Positions 27,944 to 38,789 of a stretch of DNA of 64,000 nt are shown here, piece by piece. Positions within the stretch are counted from its first letter, which is position 1; each line of letters begins with the position of its first letter. Origin of the DNA: Prochlorococcus sp. AG-670-N10 (GTDB taxonomy: Bacteria; Cyanobacteriota; Cyanobacteriia; PCC-6307; Cyanobiaceae); assembly GCA_003209065.1 (NCBI GenBank), contig QCSX01000004.1, positions 1,328 to 65,327 of the forward strand, given 5' to 3'. Below the pieces are notes generated by a model. The model did not search any database and was not told the DNA's origin. It saw nothing but the letters and a program-made list of their open reading frames with translations. The position numbers and the translations under genes were made by a program.

Positions 27944-30205
27944 TTACTTTAATTGATGCTTAAAGATACTTACACTTAGCGGTGGCAAAACAATTTCAAG
28001 AGCATTTTCATAATTATGAATATTATATTTTAACGTTTCCTTACCTCCCATATTCCCTTTGTTACTGCCGCCATATTTAGAACCGTCTGAATTGAAAATC
28101 TCTCTATAGAAGCCCTCTAAAGGAACACCTATTTTATAGGATCCATGAAAGTTAGGGGTAAAGTTTGCAACAACTACAAGCCATTCATTACTTTCATTTT
28201 CCCTTCTCATAAAACTGATAACTGAATTGGAGGTGTCATCGCAATCTATCCATTGGAATCCATAAGGATCAAAGTCATTTTTCCATAAAGAAGGTTCATT
28301 TTTATAAAGTTTATTTAAGTCATCAACCAAGTTTCTAATACCTTTATGGGGTTCAAATTCTAAAAGTTCCCATTGAAGATCATCCCAAACATTCCATTCT
28401 TGCCTTTGCCCAAATTCCATTCCCATAAAAATTGTCTTTTTACCAGGATGTGTCCACATGTAAGTTAATAAAGCCCTTGTATTCGCAAATTTTTTCCAAT
28501 CATCTCCTGGCATTTTATGTAAAAGATGACTTTTTCCATGAACAACTTCATCGTGACTAAGGGCAAGCATAAAATTTTCGGTGTAATTATAAGTTATTGA
28601 AAAGGTCACACTATTTTGATGAAATTGCCTAAACCAGGGATCTATTTCAAAATAATCGAGCATATCGTGCATCCACCCCATATTCCATTTTAAATTGAAA
28701 CCTAGTCCACCTACATTTGTAGGCTCGGTAACCATGGGCCAAGTTGTGGATTCTTCAGCAATAGATAGTGCACCAGGAAAATGCTGAAAAAGTACATGGT
28801 TTGCTTGCTGAAGAAATTTAACAGCTTCTAAATTTTCATTCCCACCATTTTCATTTGGAATCCATTCACCCTCAGGACGTAAATAGTCTCTATATAACAT
28901 TGAAGCTACAGCATCTACTCTTATCCCATCAATATGGAATTCTTCAAACCAATAAATAAGGTTTGCTACTAAAAAATTCCTTACTTCATTTCTACTGTAG
29001 TTAAATATTAAAGTACCCCATTCTTTATGCTCTCCAATACGAGGATCGCCGTGTTCATAAAGATGACAACCATCAAAGAAAGCTAAACCATGCTTATCTT
29101 TTGGAAAATGGCCAGGAACCCAGTCTAGAATTACACCTATACCCTCTGCATGACATCTATTTATAAACTCTTTGAATTCATTAGGAGTGCCATATCTACT
29201 TGTCGGGGCGTACCAGCCGGTGACTTGATAGCCCCAGGAACCATCGAAAGGATGTTCCGAAATAGGCATTAATTCTATATGAGTAAATCCTCTTTCTTTT
29301 ACGTATGGGATAAGCTTTTCTGTTAACTCTGGATAAGTTAAAAACCTTGTCCCAGGTTTTAAATCTGCTGCAGGAACTGGAGATCTTGACTGTCCATTTT
29401 TTTCAATATATTTATTCTCAATTGAATCGTGCATCCAACTTCCCAAATGCATCTCATAAACTGAAATAGGTTTATTAATTTGACTAGATGAATCCCTATT
29501 AGTTATCCAAGAACTATCTTCCCAATTGAAATCGTTAAGTTTAGATACTATTGAGCCATTTTGGGGTCTGATTTCATGAAGGAAACCATATGGATCTGCT
29601 TTTTCATAAATATGTCCTTGTTGAGTTCTTATTTCATATTTATAAGCATCTCCTTCTTTCATTGTTGGCATAAATAATTCCCAAATACCACCCAGCCTTT
29701 TTTGCATAGGATGATGTCTCCCGTCCCAAGAATTTATATCTCCGATTATTGATATTGATTTTGCATTTGGTGCCCAAATACAGAACATTACCCCTTTTTG
29801 ATTTGTCTCTTCATGGATGTGAGCTCCCATTTTTTTCCAAATATGATGGTGATTACCTTCAGCAAAAAGGTGTCTGTCTAATTCCCCCATCCATTCTTCC
29901 CTGTAAGCCCAAGGATCTTGCTGTGAATGAGAAACTCCTCCTCTTTGTACATTAATTTGATAATTATTTTTGGGGTCTTCGGGAAGTGTTACTTCAAACA
30001 GCCATTTATGATTTAACGTAGTTGTTTTATATGTTTTATCTTTAAAAGTAATACTTACTTCATCTGCCTCAGGCATCCATACTCTTGTTACCCAATGTCC
30101 ATTAACGAAATGGGGACCTAAAATATTTAATGGATTATCATTGCAACAATTTTCGAGGTTGAAAGCTTCTGATTTAATCCAGTCTGCTTGAATAGTTTCT
30201 TTCAT
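27944..30205 (-). CDS. glgB: 1,4-alpha-glucan (glycogen) branching enzyme
   Basis: The 753-aa protein has GH13 catalytic regions [30 protein letters not shown] and LSHDEV. Confidence 0.92.
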   Translation of the reverse strand: MKETIQADWIKSEAFNLENCCNDNPLNILGPHFVNGHWVTRVWMPEADEVSITFKDKTYKTTTLNHKWLFEVTLPEDPKNNYQINVQRGGVSHSQQDPWAYREEWMGELDRHLFAEGNHHHIWKKMGAHIHEETNQKGVMFCIWAPNAKSISIIGDINSWDGRHHPMQKRLGGIWELFMPTMKEGDAYKYEIRTQQGHIYEKADPYGFLHEIRPQNGSIVSKLNDFNWEDSSWITNRDSSSQINKPISVYEMHLGSWMHDSIENKYIEKNGQSRSPVPAADLKPGTRFLTYPELTEKLIPYVKERGFTHIELMPISEHPFDGSWGYQVTGWYAPTSRYGTPNEFKEFINRCHAEGIGVILDWVPGHFPKDKHGLAFFDGCHLYEHGDPRIGEHKEWGTLIFNYSRNEVRNFLVANLIYWFEEFHIDGIRVDAVASMLYRDYLRPEGEWIPNENGGNENLEAVKFLQQANHVLFQHFPGALSIAEESTTWPMVTEPTNVGGLGFNLKWNMGWMHDMLDYFEIDPWFRQFHQNSVTFSITYNYTENFMLALSHDEVVHGKSHLLHKMPGDDWKKFANTRALLTYMWTHPGKKTIFMGMEFGQRQEWNVWDDLQWELLEFEPHKGIRNLVDDLNKLYKNEPSLWKNDFDPYGFQWIDCDDTSNSVISFMRRENESNEWLVVVANFTPNFHGSYKIGVPLEGFYREIFNSDGSKYGGSNKGNMGGKETLKYNIHNYENALEIVLPPLSVSIFKHQLK

Positions 30206-30261
30206 GACTGGTAGCTATTAAGGAATTAGTTTATCAAATTATCAACCAAATAAAAATAAAT

Positions 30262-31839
30262 TTAATTAAAAAATGGAGTCATTTTCATAAATGTTTTATC
30301 AAGTTCAAAACTTAAAGTTATTATTTTGTGATTAATAGTTGTGGCACCAAGCAGATCGTCACCAAATCCTGAATTAACACCAATAGCCGGGTATGCAGCA
30401 GCTGATATAGATAACCTTAGTTTTGTACCTTTTAGAATCGTAATGTTAGTTGGATGCATGCAGATTTTACAATCACATTTTTCGTCTCTTTGTGAGTTTT
30501 TAACTCTTAAAAATCCAGTTGAAAATTGATTAACAGTTTTATCTTCTTCATTAACTAGAGACAAAGCCAGACATATATCAAAGCTTTTCTTATCACTCTT
30601 TACAGAGGTTTCAAGTACAGGTATTCCTGAAAGTTGAAGATCTTCCTCGAAGGAATTGGTTTGAAAAACACCCACATCTAATCTTTTGTCAAAAATATAT
30701 CTATTAAACAACCCAGGATTTGGCCCTAAGTGTCCTCCGTCGCCTTGACATGGCCTCCAAGGATCATGAACAATTGAAAACCAGCCCGATCCTAATGAAT
30801 TAAAGAGAAGACTCCCATCAATAATTTCGACATTTGCTGTTCCATTACTTTCAAGACCAAACTTGTAATAATGAATCTTCTCCTCTTCAATTAAATCCCA
30901 TTTTTTTAATGAAAGATTCCAAATTTTTTTATGTTTAAAAGAACTTGTTTTATTAACTTTTTTATCTGTTTTGAGGTGGGTATCAAAAAAATTTAACAAA
31001 GTTTTTTGTGATCCCTCCCACCAATTCAGATGCGTAGAATTCCCGATAATTATGTCAGGATTTCCACCTGCTGCCTTTGATTTTTGATAAAGGTCGAATG
31101 CTCCTCCTAGATGAGGATCCCAAAGACCACCAATTATTAACATTGGTTTTTTTAGCCATGATGAAATTAGTTTTATCTCTAGAAAATCTTTATTTTGATT
31201 TAGATTGTTAAGCCATTCAAGTACGAAGTTATTGGGATCATATCTTTTTAAAAGATCTAGTCCTTTTCTTAAATAACTTTTATTTTCTAGGGCTGATATT
31301 ATTTCTTCCCATCCTAAAGAATTATTTTCCCTGCTCATCTTTAAGGCCGCTATTTGTAATCCCCAAACAATATTATTATTCCACCAAAAAGCCCCGCCAT
31401 CTGAACTCCAATGATTTTTAAAATCTATCCCCGTCATTGCGGGCGATAAGCAATCAGGAGGCTTTGAATCTTTTGTCCCTGTAAGTTGAGTTAATCCTTG
31501 ATATGAAAAACCATATAAGCCAAGTTTCCCATTGCATTCTTTTAGAGATCTAACCCATTGGTGCGTCTCTGATGTGTCACTAGGTTCTTGAGAAAACCCT
31601 TTGAATACTCCACCAGATGATCCCTGACCTCTAACATCTTGCACTACTACTATGTATCCCTTTGATGCCCACCATTCAGGATGAGAATAAGTAATTGTTG
31701 AAGCTATTTCTCTTCCATATGGTTGTCTCATTAATAACGCGGGCCAAGAACCTTTATCTTTAGGTGTCCAAATTCTTGATACTAGTTCAACTCCATCATT
31801 TAATCTTAAAGACTTATCAACCCATTTTACTTCCCGCAT
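30262..31839 (-). CDS. CocE/NonD-family hydrolase (peptidase S15, X-Pro dipeptidyl-peptidase-like)
   Basis: It has an alpha/beta-hydrolase N-terminus with the nucleophile elbow GFSYQG. The 525-aa length includes a C-terminal jelly-roll-sized domain. Confidence 0.65.
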   Translation of the reverse strand: MREVKWVDKSLRLNDGVELVSRIWTPKDKGSWPALLMRQPYGREIASTITYSHPEWWASKGYIVVVQDVRGQGSSGGVFKGFSQEPSDTSETHQWVRSLKECNGKLGLYGFSYQGLTQLTGTKDSKPPDCLSPAMTGIDFKNHWSSDGGAFWWNNNIVWGLQIAALKMSRENNSLGWEEIISALENKSYLRKGLDLLKRYDPNNFVLEWLNNLNQNKDFLEIKLISSWLKKPMLIIGGLWDPHLGGAFDLYQKSKAAGGNPDIIIGNSTHLNWWEGSQKTLLNFFDTHLKTDKKVNKTSSFKHKKIWNLSLKKWDLIEEEKIHYYKFGLESNGTANVEIIDGSLLFNSLGSGWFSIVHDPWRPCQGDGGHLGPNPGLFNRYIFDKRLDVGVFQTNSFEEDLQLSGIPVLETSVKSDKKSFDICLALSLVNEEDKTVNQFSTGFLRVKNSQRDEKCDCKICMHPTNITILKGTKLRLSISAAAYPAIGVNSGFGDDLLGATTINHKIITLSFELDKTFMKMTPFFN

Positions 31840-31847
31840 TTAAGTTT

Positions 31848-32114
31848 TTATATAACCTGAGGACAATGAAGACCAATTACATAAATAGATAGAATTTCAG
31901 CATTAATTGGATTTAGGTTGTTTTTTTTGGAAACATATTCTATAGCTTTATCTGAACTGGCTGAGATACCTTTTGAGTTTAATTCTTTAAATTTATTACA
32001 CATTTTAATAGCATCAGCAGGATTTTTTTTGACGCTTTCCAAAAGAGTTGATTGACTTAAAACCGGATTTATAAATCCTAATGAAAGAAATAAGAATAAA
32101 AAAAATTTAGTCAT
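31848..32114 (-). CDS. Small secreted hypothetical protein (88 aa)
   Basis: It has an N-terminal signal peptide (FFLFLFLSLGFINPVLS-QS) and two Cys in the mature part. I do not recognise a family. Confidence 0.45.
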   Translation of the reverse strand: MTKFFLFLFLSLGFINPVLSQSTLLESVKKNPADAIKMCNKFKELNSKGISASSDKAIEYVSKKNNLNPINAEILSIYVIGLHCPQVI

Positions 32115-32168
32115 TTATTTATTATCATTTTTAAAATTCTACATTAAAAAAGTATTTTAACCACGATT

Positions 32169-32576
32169 TTAAATGGATTTACAGATTTGATTAGCTTTCT
32201 TTATCCAATCTTTCAAAGAGGATAAAGTTATATTTGTTTGAGTTTTAGTTCTAAGACTTCTCTCAAGTCTTCCAATTCTCTCTTTAAGATCATATGGGTT
32301 TAAGATCGAAAGGGATTTTATTGACCCTATTCCGCAATGCAATAACAAATAAGATTCATATGGAGTTATTGAAAGATCATTTTTAAAATTAGCAATTGCT
32401 CTGATTTTTCTTAAATTATTTAAAGTACACAGTGAGTATGAGTTTTGTATATTATTCAATTCAGAATCACTAAGCTGACTTAATTTTTTAAAATCTGTTA
32501 GTTTATTATTAATTAAAAATGATTTTTCATGTCTGAAGTTTTCAGGTAAAACTTCTAAAAAATTTTCTTCTATCAT
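32169..32576 (-). CDS. Hypothetical protein, possibly helix-hairpin-helix (DUF4332-like)
   Basis: The 135-aa ORF contains the segment LLLHCGIGSIKSLSILNPYDLKERI, which resembles an HhH unit. The assignment is weak. Confidence 0.35.
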   Translation of the reverse strand: MIEENFLEVLPENFRHEKSFLINNKLTDFKKLSQLSDSELNNIQNSYSLCTLNNLRKIRAIANFKNDLSITPYESYLLLHCGIGSIKSLSILNPYDLKERIGRLERSLRTKTQTNITLSSLKDWIKKANQICKSI

Positions 32577-32584
32577 TTATCCCA

Positions 32585-33028
32585 CTAATTCATTGCAAAG
32601 CTTTTTTCTGTTTCTCCAATAATTACAGGTTTACTAACGTTATCAGAGATCTTTTCAAGTTTCCTAATTATAATTTTTACTTTTGACCCTGATCTACTTC
32701 CTCTTTTTAGATTTTCTGATAATTGTTTTAAAGTCGGATCAATTGCTTCTTCTGGGAATTCATTATCAGCTTTTGTAACAATTAAATCAAAACCATTATC
32801 ATAAACAATTGGAACATATTTAGCTCCATCTATTTTTAAATTTTCTGTATAGCTTTGTATAAAAGCCCAACTGCTAAAAGAGAGTAATAATGAAAATATA
32901 GCCGCCCCTGTAATTCTAAATTTAAAACCAAAATTAAAAACAAATGCAATCAAAGTACCAAGAAAGAGAACTATTCCTAAAACTCCAAATATCTTAGGGG
33001 TATTTTCTAATAGTTCAAAAAAAGACAT
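32585..33028 (-). CDS. Membrane protein, Ycf51-like (DUF2518) candidate
   Basis: It has two N-terminal TM helices followed by a soluble domain and is 147 aa long. The family name is from memory. Confidence 0.4.
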   Translation of the reverse strand: MSFFELLENTPKIFGVLGIVLFLGTLIAFVFNFGFKFRITGAAIFSLLLSFSSWAFIQSYTENLKIDGAKYVPIVYDNGFDLIVTKADNEFPEEAIDPTLKQLSENLKRGSRSGSKVKIIIRKLEKISDNVSKPVIIGETEKSFAMN

Positions 33029-33091
33029 TTACTAGCTTTGACCTCATTAATTTCTTATATTTTGTAAGCCTACTCTATTTGGGATTCTAAC

Positions 33092-36000
33092 TTGAAAAGA
33101 ATTAGATCTCTAAATTTTAATAAAAAACTTTTATTCTTAGGAACTTTTTTGTCAATAAGTTTTTTAGCGACCTTGTTTTTAAATAAATTTCTTGAAGATT
33201 TCTATAAAACCAGAAAAATAGGACTAGAAAATAAGATAGAGAAATTTTTAAATAAAGAAGTAGATTTGGGTGATTATTCAGGTATCAGATTTCTTGGAAT
33301 TTCCTTAAATAACTCAAGAATAATTGATAATAGGAATTTAAATTCTGAAATTTTAGCGAAGAAAATTTATATAGGAATTATGCCAATTAGATCATTTCTA
33401 AATCAAAAGTGGATTTTAAAGGTAACTCCTAAAAAGACTAAAATTGATATTAATAAAGATTTTTTCAAAAAAAGAGAAATTTATAAAAACGAAAAAACAA
33501 CTATTAAAAATAAAGTTAAATATGATCTGAATTTCTATTTAAAAGAATCTGTAAATTTTAAATTTAAGGATCTTGGAATAGAAACTAAATTAAAAGGAAA
33601 ATTAATATATAAATCAAAATCTAATCAGGTTATTGGAAATATTAATTCATTTTCTGGCGGTAAAGATAATTTAAAATTAAAACTAAATACTAAATTAAAT
33701 AAAGACTTTTTGAATCTGGAGATATTTTCTAATGGTTTAAGTTTGAAGGGTTCTGAGTATAGTATTGGCGAAAGGAAATTTTCTTTTAAAGGGGGAAAAT
33801 TAAAATCTAATTTTAAATTCTATAGATCCTCTAAAAAGACTTTTTGTAAAGGTAAGCTTTATTTGCAAAACTTAAATTTAAAAACTACTAATTTAGAAGA
33901 GGATATAACTAGTGATTCGATTAGGTTTTTATGCAAAGGCAATAATATTATCGCCGATACAAAAAATCTTAATTACGGTACTTTAATCTCAGACTTTAAT
34001 CTAAATGTTCCTTTAAATAAAAATATTAGTACTATAAAGTTAAAAGGGAATGTAGGATATTTAGATAGTCTAAATCCTGAAATACAATTATCAGGAGACA
34101 TGCCGTATTGGTTTGATAAAAGGGGTATAAATTTTGGAAATTTAAATTCAAGTTTTATTCTTAACAGAACGCAATTATCTAATTTAAATATTTTCCGCAA
34201 AAATAGTATCAGAGGTTTTCTTACTGCAAAAGGCGTATTAAAAGGTGATATAACCAAACCGGATATTCAAATAAATTTTAATGTTGATTATCCTCATTAC
34301 AAAGGTATAAGAATAAGAGAGATATTTGAGGGTGAAATCAAAAATCAAGATAATAAATATGTCGTAAATATGAAGAATAGATATTCACGCGTCCCTTCTT
34401 TCCTTACCTTAAATTTTGATTCAAAGATTAAGCTAGAGGATATAACATTTAGTAGAATTTTAAATTCTAATAAAGGTAGTTTAAATTTAGTTAAAGATTT
34501 TAATAAGTATCGTTGGAATGCAAATAATTTCCCTCTAGATGAGCTTGAGTTGGCGATTGGTAATAATGAATTCGATAGAATTAGGGGAATAGTTAATGGC
34601 TCAGGTTTTATAGCTCGAGATCAAACCTATGCTGAGGGTCGTTTAGCTTTGAGTTTGGGCAAATATAGGAATATAAAATTTGCTAATTCTTTATTTGATT
34701 TTACTTTTGATGAAAAAGCTTTTTATATTAATTCATCATTGTATCCAATTGATGGTGGAATGATTGATCTTGAGTATGAATCTAATAAAGATAATAATTT
34801 AAATATAAATTTTAATAATATTAGTACTAGTTGGTCATTACAAACAGCAGTAGATATTTTAAATATTGAAAACAAAAAAATTATTCCTAATAGTAAATCT
34901 AGTGCATTAGATGATATAGAAATAACAAATACTGATAACTCATTTAATCAAAATATCCTTTTTATAAATAATTTTCTAAATGATAAAACTATTTTAGAAG
35001 ATAAATTAAATATAAAAAGATATTTAAATAAATTTGAAAGTAGATATGATGCAAATATAAAGATAGAAGGTAATAACTCCTCTAATTTTAAATTAAAAAC
35101 TAAATTGAATGGATATCTTGATGTTAAAAGCGATATTATAAAAAGTTCTAAAGAAGAGTTTTCTCTTGATTTGGAAGGTGGAATTTTTACAGGAAAAGGT
35201 TCTTTAAAAATAAATAAATTACCTTTAAAGGTTATAAATATCTTTTTAGATAAACCTAGAGATTTTGATGGAAATTTAGATATTAAATTATTATATGATA
35301 TTGATACAAAATCCTTTGCAACTAATATTTCTTCAAATAATGCCTCCATAAACAGTAGTCCAATCATATTTGATAATGGTGTTGTTCAGTTTAGTGATTC
35401 AGTTTTTGATTTGGATTTATCTTTTTTATTGAATAATTCAAATACTCCAATAAATATTTCAGGTTTTATTCCAATTAATAGAGAGAAAAAATTAGAATTA
35501 AGATTAAATGGCAATGGAAAGTTTATTGATTTAATTGATATCTTTGCTGATGACTATTTCACCTTTATTAAAGGTGATGTGAATCTAAGAATGATAATAA
35601 AAGGAACTATTAATAAACCTATTGCGAATGGTTTTGTAGTCATCAAGGATTCTGAAATTGATATTTATAGCAATATCATACAAAATATCAATAGCACAAT
35701 AATTTTCGATTTTGATCATATAGAAATTCAAAGCTTTAAGGCTTCAGATGAAGCTTCTGGTAATATTTTTATTAAGGGGAGTTTACCTTTTTATAAAAAA
35801 AGTGATTCTAATCAGAAAGGTATTAGTTTAATAGCAAATAAATTTAATATTAAATCCAATAATATTAAATTTCTAGTTGACTCTAAAATTAGCATTAGTA
35901 GATCATTCTCAGATCCCATGTTTGGTGGTAATTTAGCACTAAATAATGGGTTTGTTAATTTTAATAATGCCAATAAAAAAAATATTAAAAAAAATAATGT

Positions 36001-37039
36001 TAAAGAAAAAAATGCTAAAAAGAATTGGCCAGAACTCTATTGGGAAAAAGATAATAAAATCGAAATAATTTCAAATGAGAGCATATTAAATTCCTTTTTA
36101 TTGGGGGAAAATGCTCCAGATTATCTTGAAAATTTTAATTTTAAGAACTTTAAATTAAAACTTGGTCCAGATTTCAGAATTCAATATTCAGAAATAGTTA
36201 AAGCTTATCTAGATACCAAGTTAGATTTGAATTTTAATGGCAATGTAGGAAAAGATTTAAATGCAAGAGGTCTTATTAATTTAAGTAAAGGTACTGCAAA
36301 CTTATATACGACGCCATTTAAATTAGATAAAAATAAAGAAAATTATATTTTATTTGCATCAAGAAGCGGTATTGTTCCTTTTATTAACTTTTCGCTCACT
36401 AGTAAAGTTCCAGATTTAATAATACCAATAAGTGAAAATAATCAAGATCTTAATATTTCAAGTGGTCTAGATGCTAATGCTAGTTCAAGTGGTTTTGGAG
36501 CAGTTGGAATCGGTAATACAAGGCTTATAAAAATAGAGGCATCATATGAAGGATTCCTAGATCAATTATCCTTTGAAGATGAAAATAAAAAAATACAATT
36601 AAGAAGTACTCCAAGTTATAACAGGTCTCAAATTATTGGTTTAATTGGTGGGAATTCTGCAAATTTAATAAATAGAGCATTTATTTCTCAAATAAATAGT
36701 TCAGGTGGATTTAGTGAGAGATTTCAATTGTCTTTATACCCTGCCTTAATAGAAAATAATGAACCAATAAATAATGTTTTTTCTAATGAAAATCTTGAAG
36801 TAGATGATAATGAGGAATCATCTTCAAGTACTGGGTTGTCTTCTCAAGCTTGGATTGCTGAAATAGGTCTTGATATTACAGATACAGTAAATTTTGCGGT
36901 TCAGGCAACTCCAGATAGGGAAGATTTACCACCCTTAGGTATAATAACTTTACAAGCCAATCCAAATCTAGAATTATTAGGTTCTATTGATTCTGAAGGA
37001 GAGTGGAAGAGTCAAGTTCAATTATTTTTCAGATATTAA
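33092..37039 (+). CDS. TamB / TIC236-like translocation and assembly module protein (DUF490 C-terminus)
   Basis: The 1315-aa protein has a TTG start and a single N-terminal TM anchor. A long repetitive sequence predicted to be beta-rich follows, then a conserved C-terminal block ending in aromatic residues (VQLFFRY). Confidence 0.7.
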   Translation: MKRIRSLNFNKKLLFLGTFLSISFLATLFLNKFLEDFYKTRKIGLENKIEKFLNKEVDLGDYSGIRFLGISLNNSRIIDNRNLNSEILAKKIYIGIMPIRSFLNQKWILKVTPKKTKIDINKDFFKKREIYKNEKTTIKNKVKYDLNFYLKESVNFKFKDLGIETKLKGKLIYKSKSNQVIGNINSFSGGKDNLKLKLNTKLNKDFLNLEIFSNGLSLKGSEYSIGERKFSFKGGKLKSNFKFYRSSKKTFCKGKLYLQNLNLKTTNLEEDITSDSIRFLCKGNNIIADTKNLNYGTLISDFNLNVPLNKNISTIKLKGNVGYLDSLNPEIQLSGDMPYWFDKRGINFGNLNSSFILNRTQLSNLNIFRKNSIRGFLTAKGVLKGDITKPDIQINFNVDYPHYKGIRIREIFEGEIKNQDNKYVVNMKNRYSRVPSFLTLNFDSKIKLEDITFSRILNSNKGSLNLVKDFNKYRWNANNFPLDELELAIGNNEFDRIRGIVNGSGFIARDQTYAEGRLALSLGKYRNIKFANSLFDFTFDEKAFYINSSLYPIDGGMIDLEYESNKDNNLNINFNNISTSWSLQTAVDILNIENKKIIPNSKSSALDDIEITNTDNSFNQNILFINNFLNDKTILEDKLNIKRYLNKFESRYDANIKIEGNNSSNFKLKTKLNGYLDVKSDIIKSSKEEFSLDLEGGIFTGKGSLKINKLPLKVINIFLDKPRDFDGNLDIKLLYDIDTKSFATNISSNNASINSSPIIFDNGVVQFSDSVFDLDLSFLLNNSNTPINISGFIPINREKKLELRLNGNGKFIDLIDIFADDYFTFIKGDVNLRMIIKGTINKPIANGFVVIKDSEIDIYSNIIQNINSTIIFDFDHIEIQSFKASDEASGNIFIKGSLPFYKKSDSNQKGISLIANKFNIKSNNIKFLVDSKISISRSFSDPMFGGNLALNNGFVNFNNANKKNIKKNNVKEKNAKKNWPELYWEKDNKIEIISNESILNSFLLGENAPDYLENFNFKNFKLKLGPDFRIQYSEIVKAYLDTKLDLNFNGNVGKDLNARGLINLSKGTANLYTTPFKLDKNKENYILFASRSGIVPFINFSLTSKVPDLIIPISENNQDLNISSGLDANASSSGFGAVGIGNTRLIKIEASYEGFLDQLSFEDENKKIQLRSTPSYNRSQIIGLIGGNSANLINRAFISQINSSGGFSERFQLSLYPALIENNEPINNVFSNENLEVDDNEESSSSTGLSSQAWIAEIGLDITDTVNFAVQATPDREDLPPLGIITLQANPNLELLGSIDSEGEWKSQVQLFFRY

Positions 37040-37101
37040 TTCTTAAAAAAATATTTTAGGAATGCTTATTTTAATTATTATTAAGTGAATTAAATGAAAT
37101 T

Positions 37102-38412
37102 ATGACTGACATATATGAAGTGCCAACTCCTGATAATGAACTTGTAGAAAAAGCAAAGCAACTTCGTCTGGCTTCAATTAAAACAAGTCAAACAAATAAT
37201 GATGACCGAATTAGAGCTTTGAACTTAATGGCTGATTCTTTAGAAAAAAACTCTAAAGAAATAATTGAGACTAATATTGAAGATTATAAAAAAGCAGAAA
37301 ATAAAGGAATTTCAAAGTCTTTACTTTCAAGATTAAAGCTATCAAAAGAAAAACTTAATTTAGGAATAGAAGGGGTAAGACAAGTTAGTAATTTGATTGA
37401 TCCAGTTGGTCAAATTCAAATAAAAAGGGAACTTTCTAAAGGTTTAATCCTTGAAAGAAAAACAGTTCCAATAGGAGTATTAGGAGTGATTTTTGAATCG
37501 AGGCCTGATGCTGTAATGCAAATAAGTTCTTTGGCTATTAGATCTGGGAATGGAGTTATGCTTAAAGGTGGAAGTGAAGCAAACTTAACTAATCTTGCAA
37601 TAGTTTCTGCACTAAAGAAGGGTTTGCAAGATTCAAATCTTGATGAAAACTCAATCTGTCTTTTAACAAGTAGAAAAGATAGTATGGCAATGTTGAATTT
37701 AGAAAAATATATAAACTTAATTATTCCAAGAGGAAGCAATGAACTCGTTAAATTTATACAGGAGAATACAGAAATTCCTGTCTTAGGTCATGCTGATGGA
37801 ATTTGTCATTTATATATAGATAATGATGTAAATCTAGATATAGCTCTAAAAGTTGCATTAGATAGTAAGATCCAATATCCAGCTGCATGTAATGCTGTTG
37901 AGACTCTTTTAATACATAAAGATACTGCCTCTGAATTTTTGAATAAGGCGATTCCAATTTTTAACTCAAATAATGTTAAATTGATTGGAGATAAAAAATC
38001 TGTTCAACTGGGTGTTGCTTTTGAAGCTAATTATGAGGACTGGCAAACTGAATATTTAGATCTTATTCTTTCTATAAAAATTGTTGATGATTTAGAAGAA
38101 GCAATTGCTCATATACAAAAATTTAGTTCAAAACACACAGATGGAATAATTACTGAAAATATCAGTAATGCTAATAAATTCATGAGCGAGGTAGATAGTT
38201 CAGGCGTTTTTCATAATTGCTCAACAAGATTCGCAGATGGTTTTAGATATGGCTTTGGAGCGGAAGTTGGGATATCTACACAGACTTTGCCACCAAGAGG
38301 TCCAGTAGGACTGGAGGGGCTAGTAACTTATAAGTATTTTTTAAGAGGTGAAGGTCATATTGTTGATGATTTTTCATCTGGAAAATTAATTTATTCACAT
38401 AAAGATGTTTAA
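37102..38412 (+). CDS. proA: Gamma-glutamyl phosphate reductase
   Basis: The 436-aa ALDH-fold protein has the motifs IFESRPDA, IIPRGS and the catalytic-Cys region YPAACNAVETLLIH. Confidence 0.9.
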   Translation: MTDIYEVPTPDNELVEKAKQLRLASIKTSQTNNDDRIRALNLMADSLEKNSKEIIETNIEDYKKAENKGISKSLLSRLKLSKEKLNLGIEGVRQVSNLIDPVGQIQIKRELSKGLILERKTVPIGVLGVIFESRPDAVMQISSLAIRSGNGVMLKGGSEANLTNLAIVSALKKGLQDSNLDENSICLLTSRKDSMAMLNLEKYINLIIPRGSNELVKFIQENTEIPVLGHADGICHLYIDNDVNLDIALKVALDSKIQYPAACNAVETLLIHKDTASEFLNKAIPIFNSNNVKLIGDKKSVQLGVAFEANYEDWQTEYLDLILSIKIVDDLEEAIAHIQKFSSKHTDGIITENISNANKFMSEVDSSGVFHNCSTRFADGFRYGFGAEVGISTQTLPPRGPVGLEGLVTYKYFLRGEGHIVDDFSSGKLIYSHKDV

Positions 38413-38421
38413 ATCTTAAAA

Positions 38422-38784
38422 ATGGAAACATATTTAAAAATTAAGGATATTAAACTTTGGGCAAGAGTTGGTGTTCTAGAAGAAGAAAGGGAATTAGGCC
38501 AACTCTTTAGTTTAGATGTATTTTTATGGGCTGATTTTGACAATTGTACTCAAAATGATGATATTAAAAGTACCGTTGACTATTCGAAATTAGTTGAAAT
38601 ATTAAAATATCAATCCAAGAAAATATATTGCTTTACTATTGAGAAATATTCAAATGAGATTTTAAAAATTATTGATGAAGAGTTTCAACTTAACCGAATA
38701 AAAATTATACTAACAAAATGCAAACCTCCAATTATTGGCTTTGGTGGAGAGGTTTCAATAGTAAGAGTTTTTGAAAATAATTAA
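38422..38784 (+). CDS. folB: Dihydroneopterin aldolase
   Basis: The 120-aa protein has the FolB pattern I.DIKLWARVGVLEEERELGQ and a later DYS.L segment. Confidence 0.8.
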   Translation: METYLKIKDIKLWARVGVLEEERELGQLFSLDVFLWADFDNCTQNDDIKSTVDYSKLVEILKYQSKKIYCFTIEKYSNEILKIIDEEFQLNRIKIILTKCKPPIIGFGGEVSIVRVFENN

Positions 38785-38789
38785 CGGTT

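Noticed and set aside
33973-35367. Two antisense ORFs (94 aa and 139 aa) lie inside the TamB-like gene.
   Set aside because: They are the mirror image of an N/K/I-rich coding strand, translating as F/L/I-rich sequence. There is no independent support for either.
37416-37957. Minus-strand ORFs of 107 aa and 67 aa lie inside proA.
   Set aside because: They are antisense to a highly conserved enzyme gene and have no motifs.
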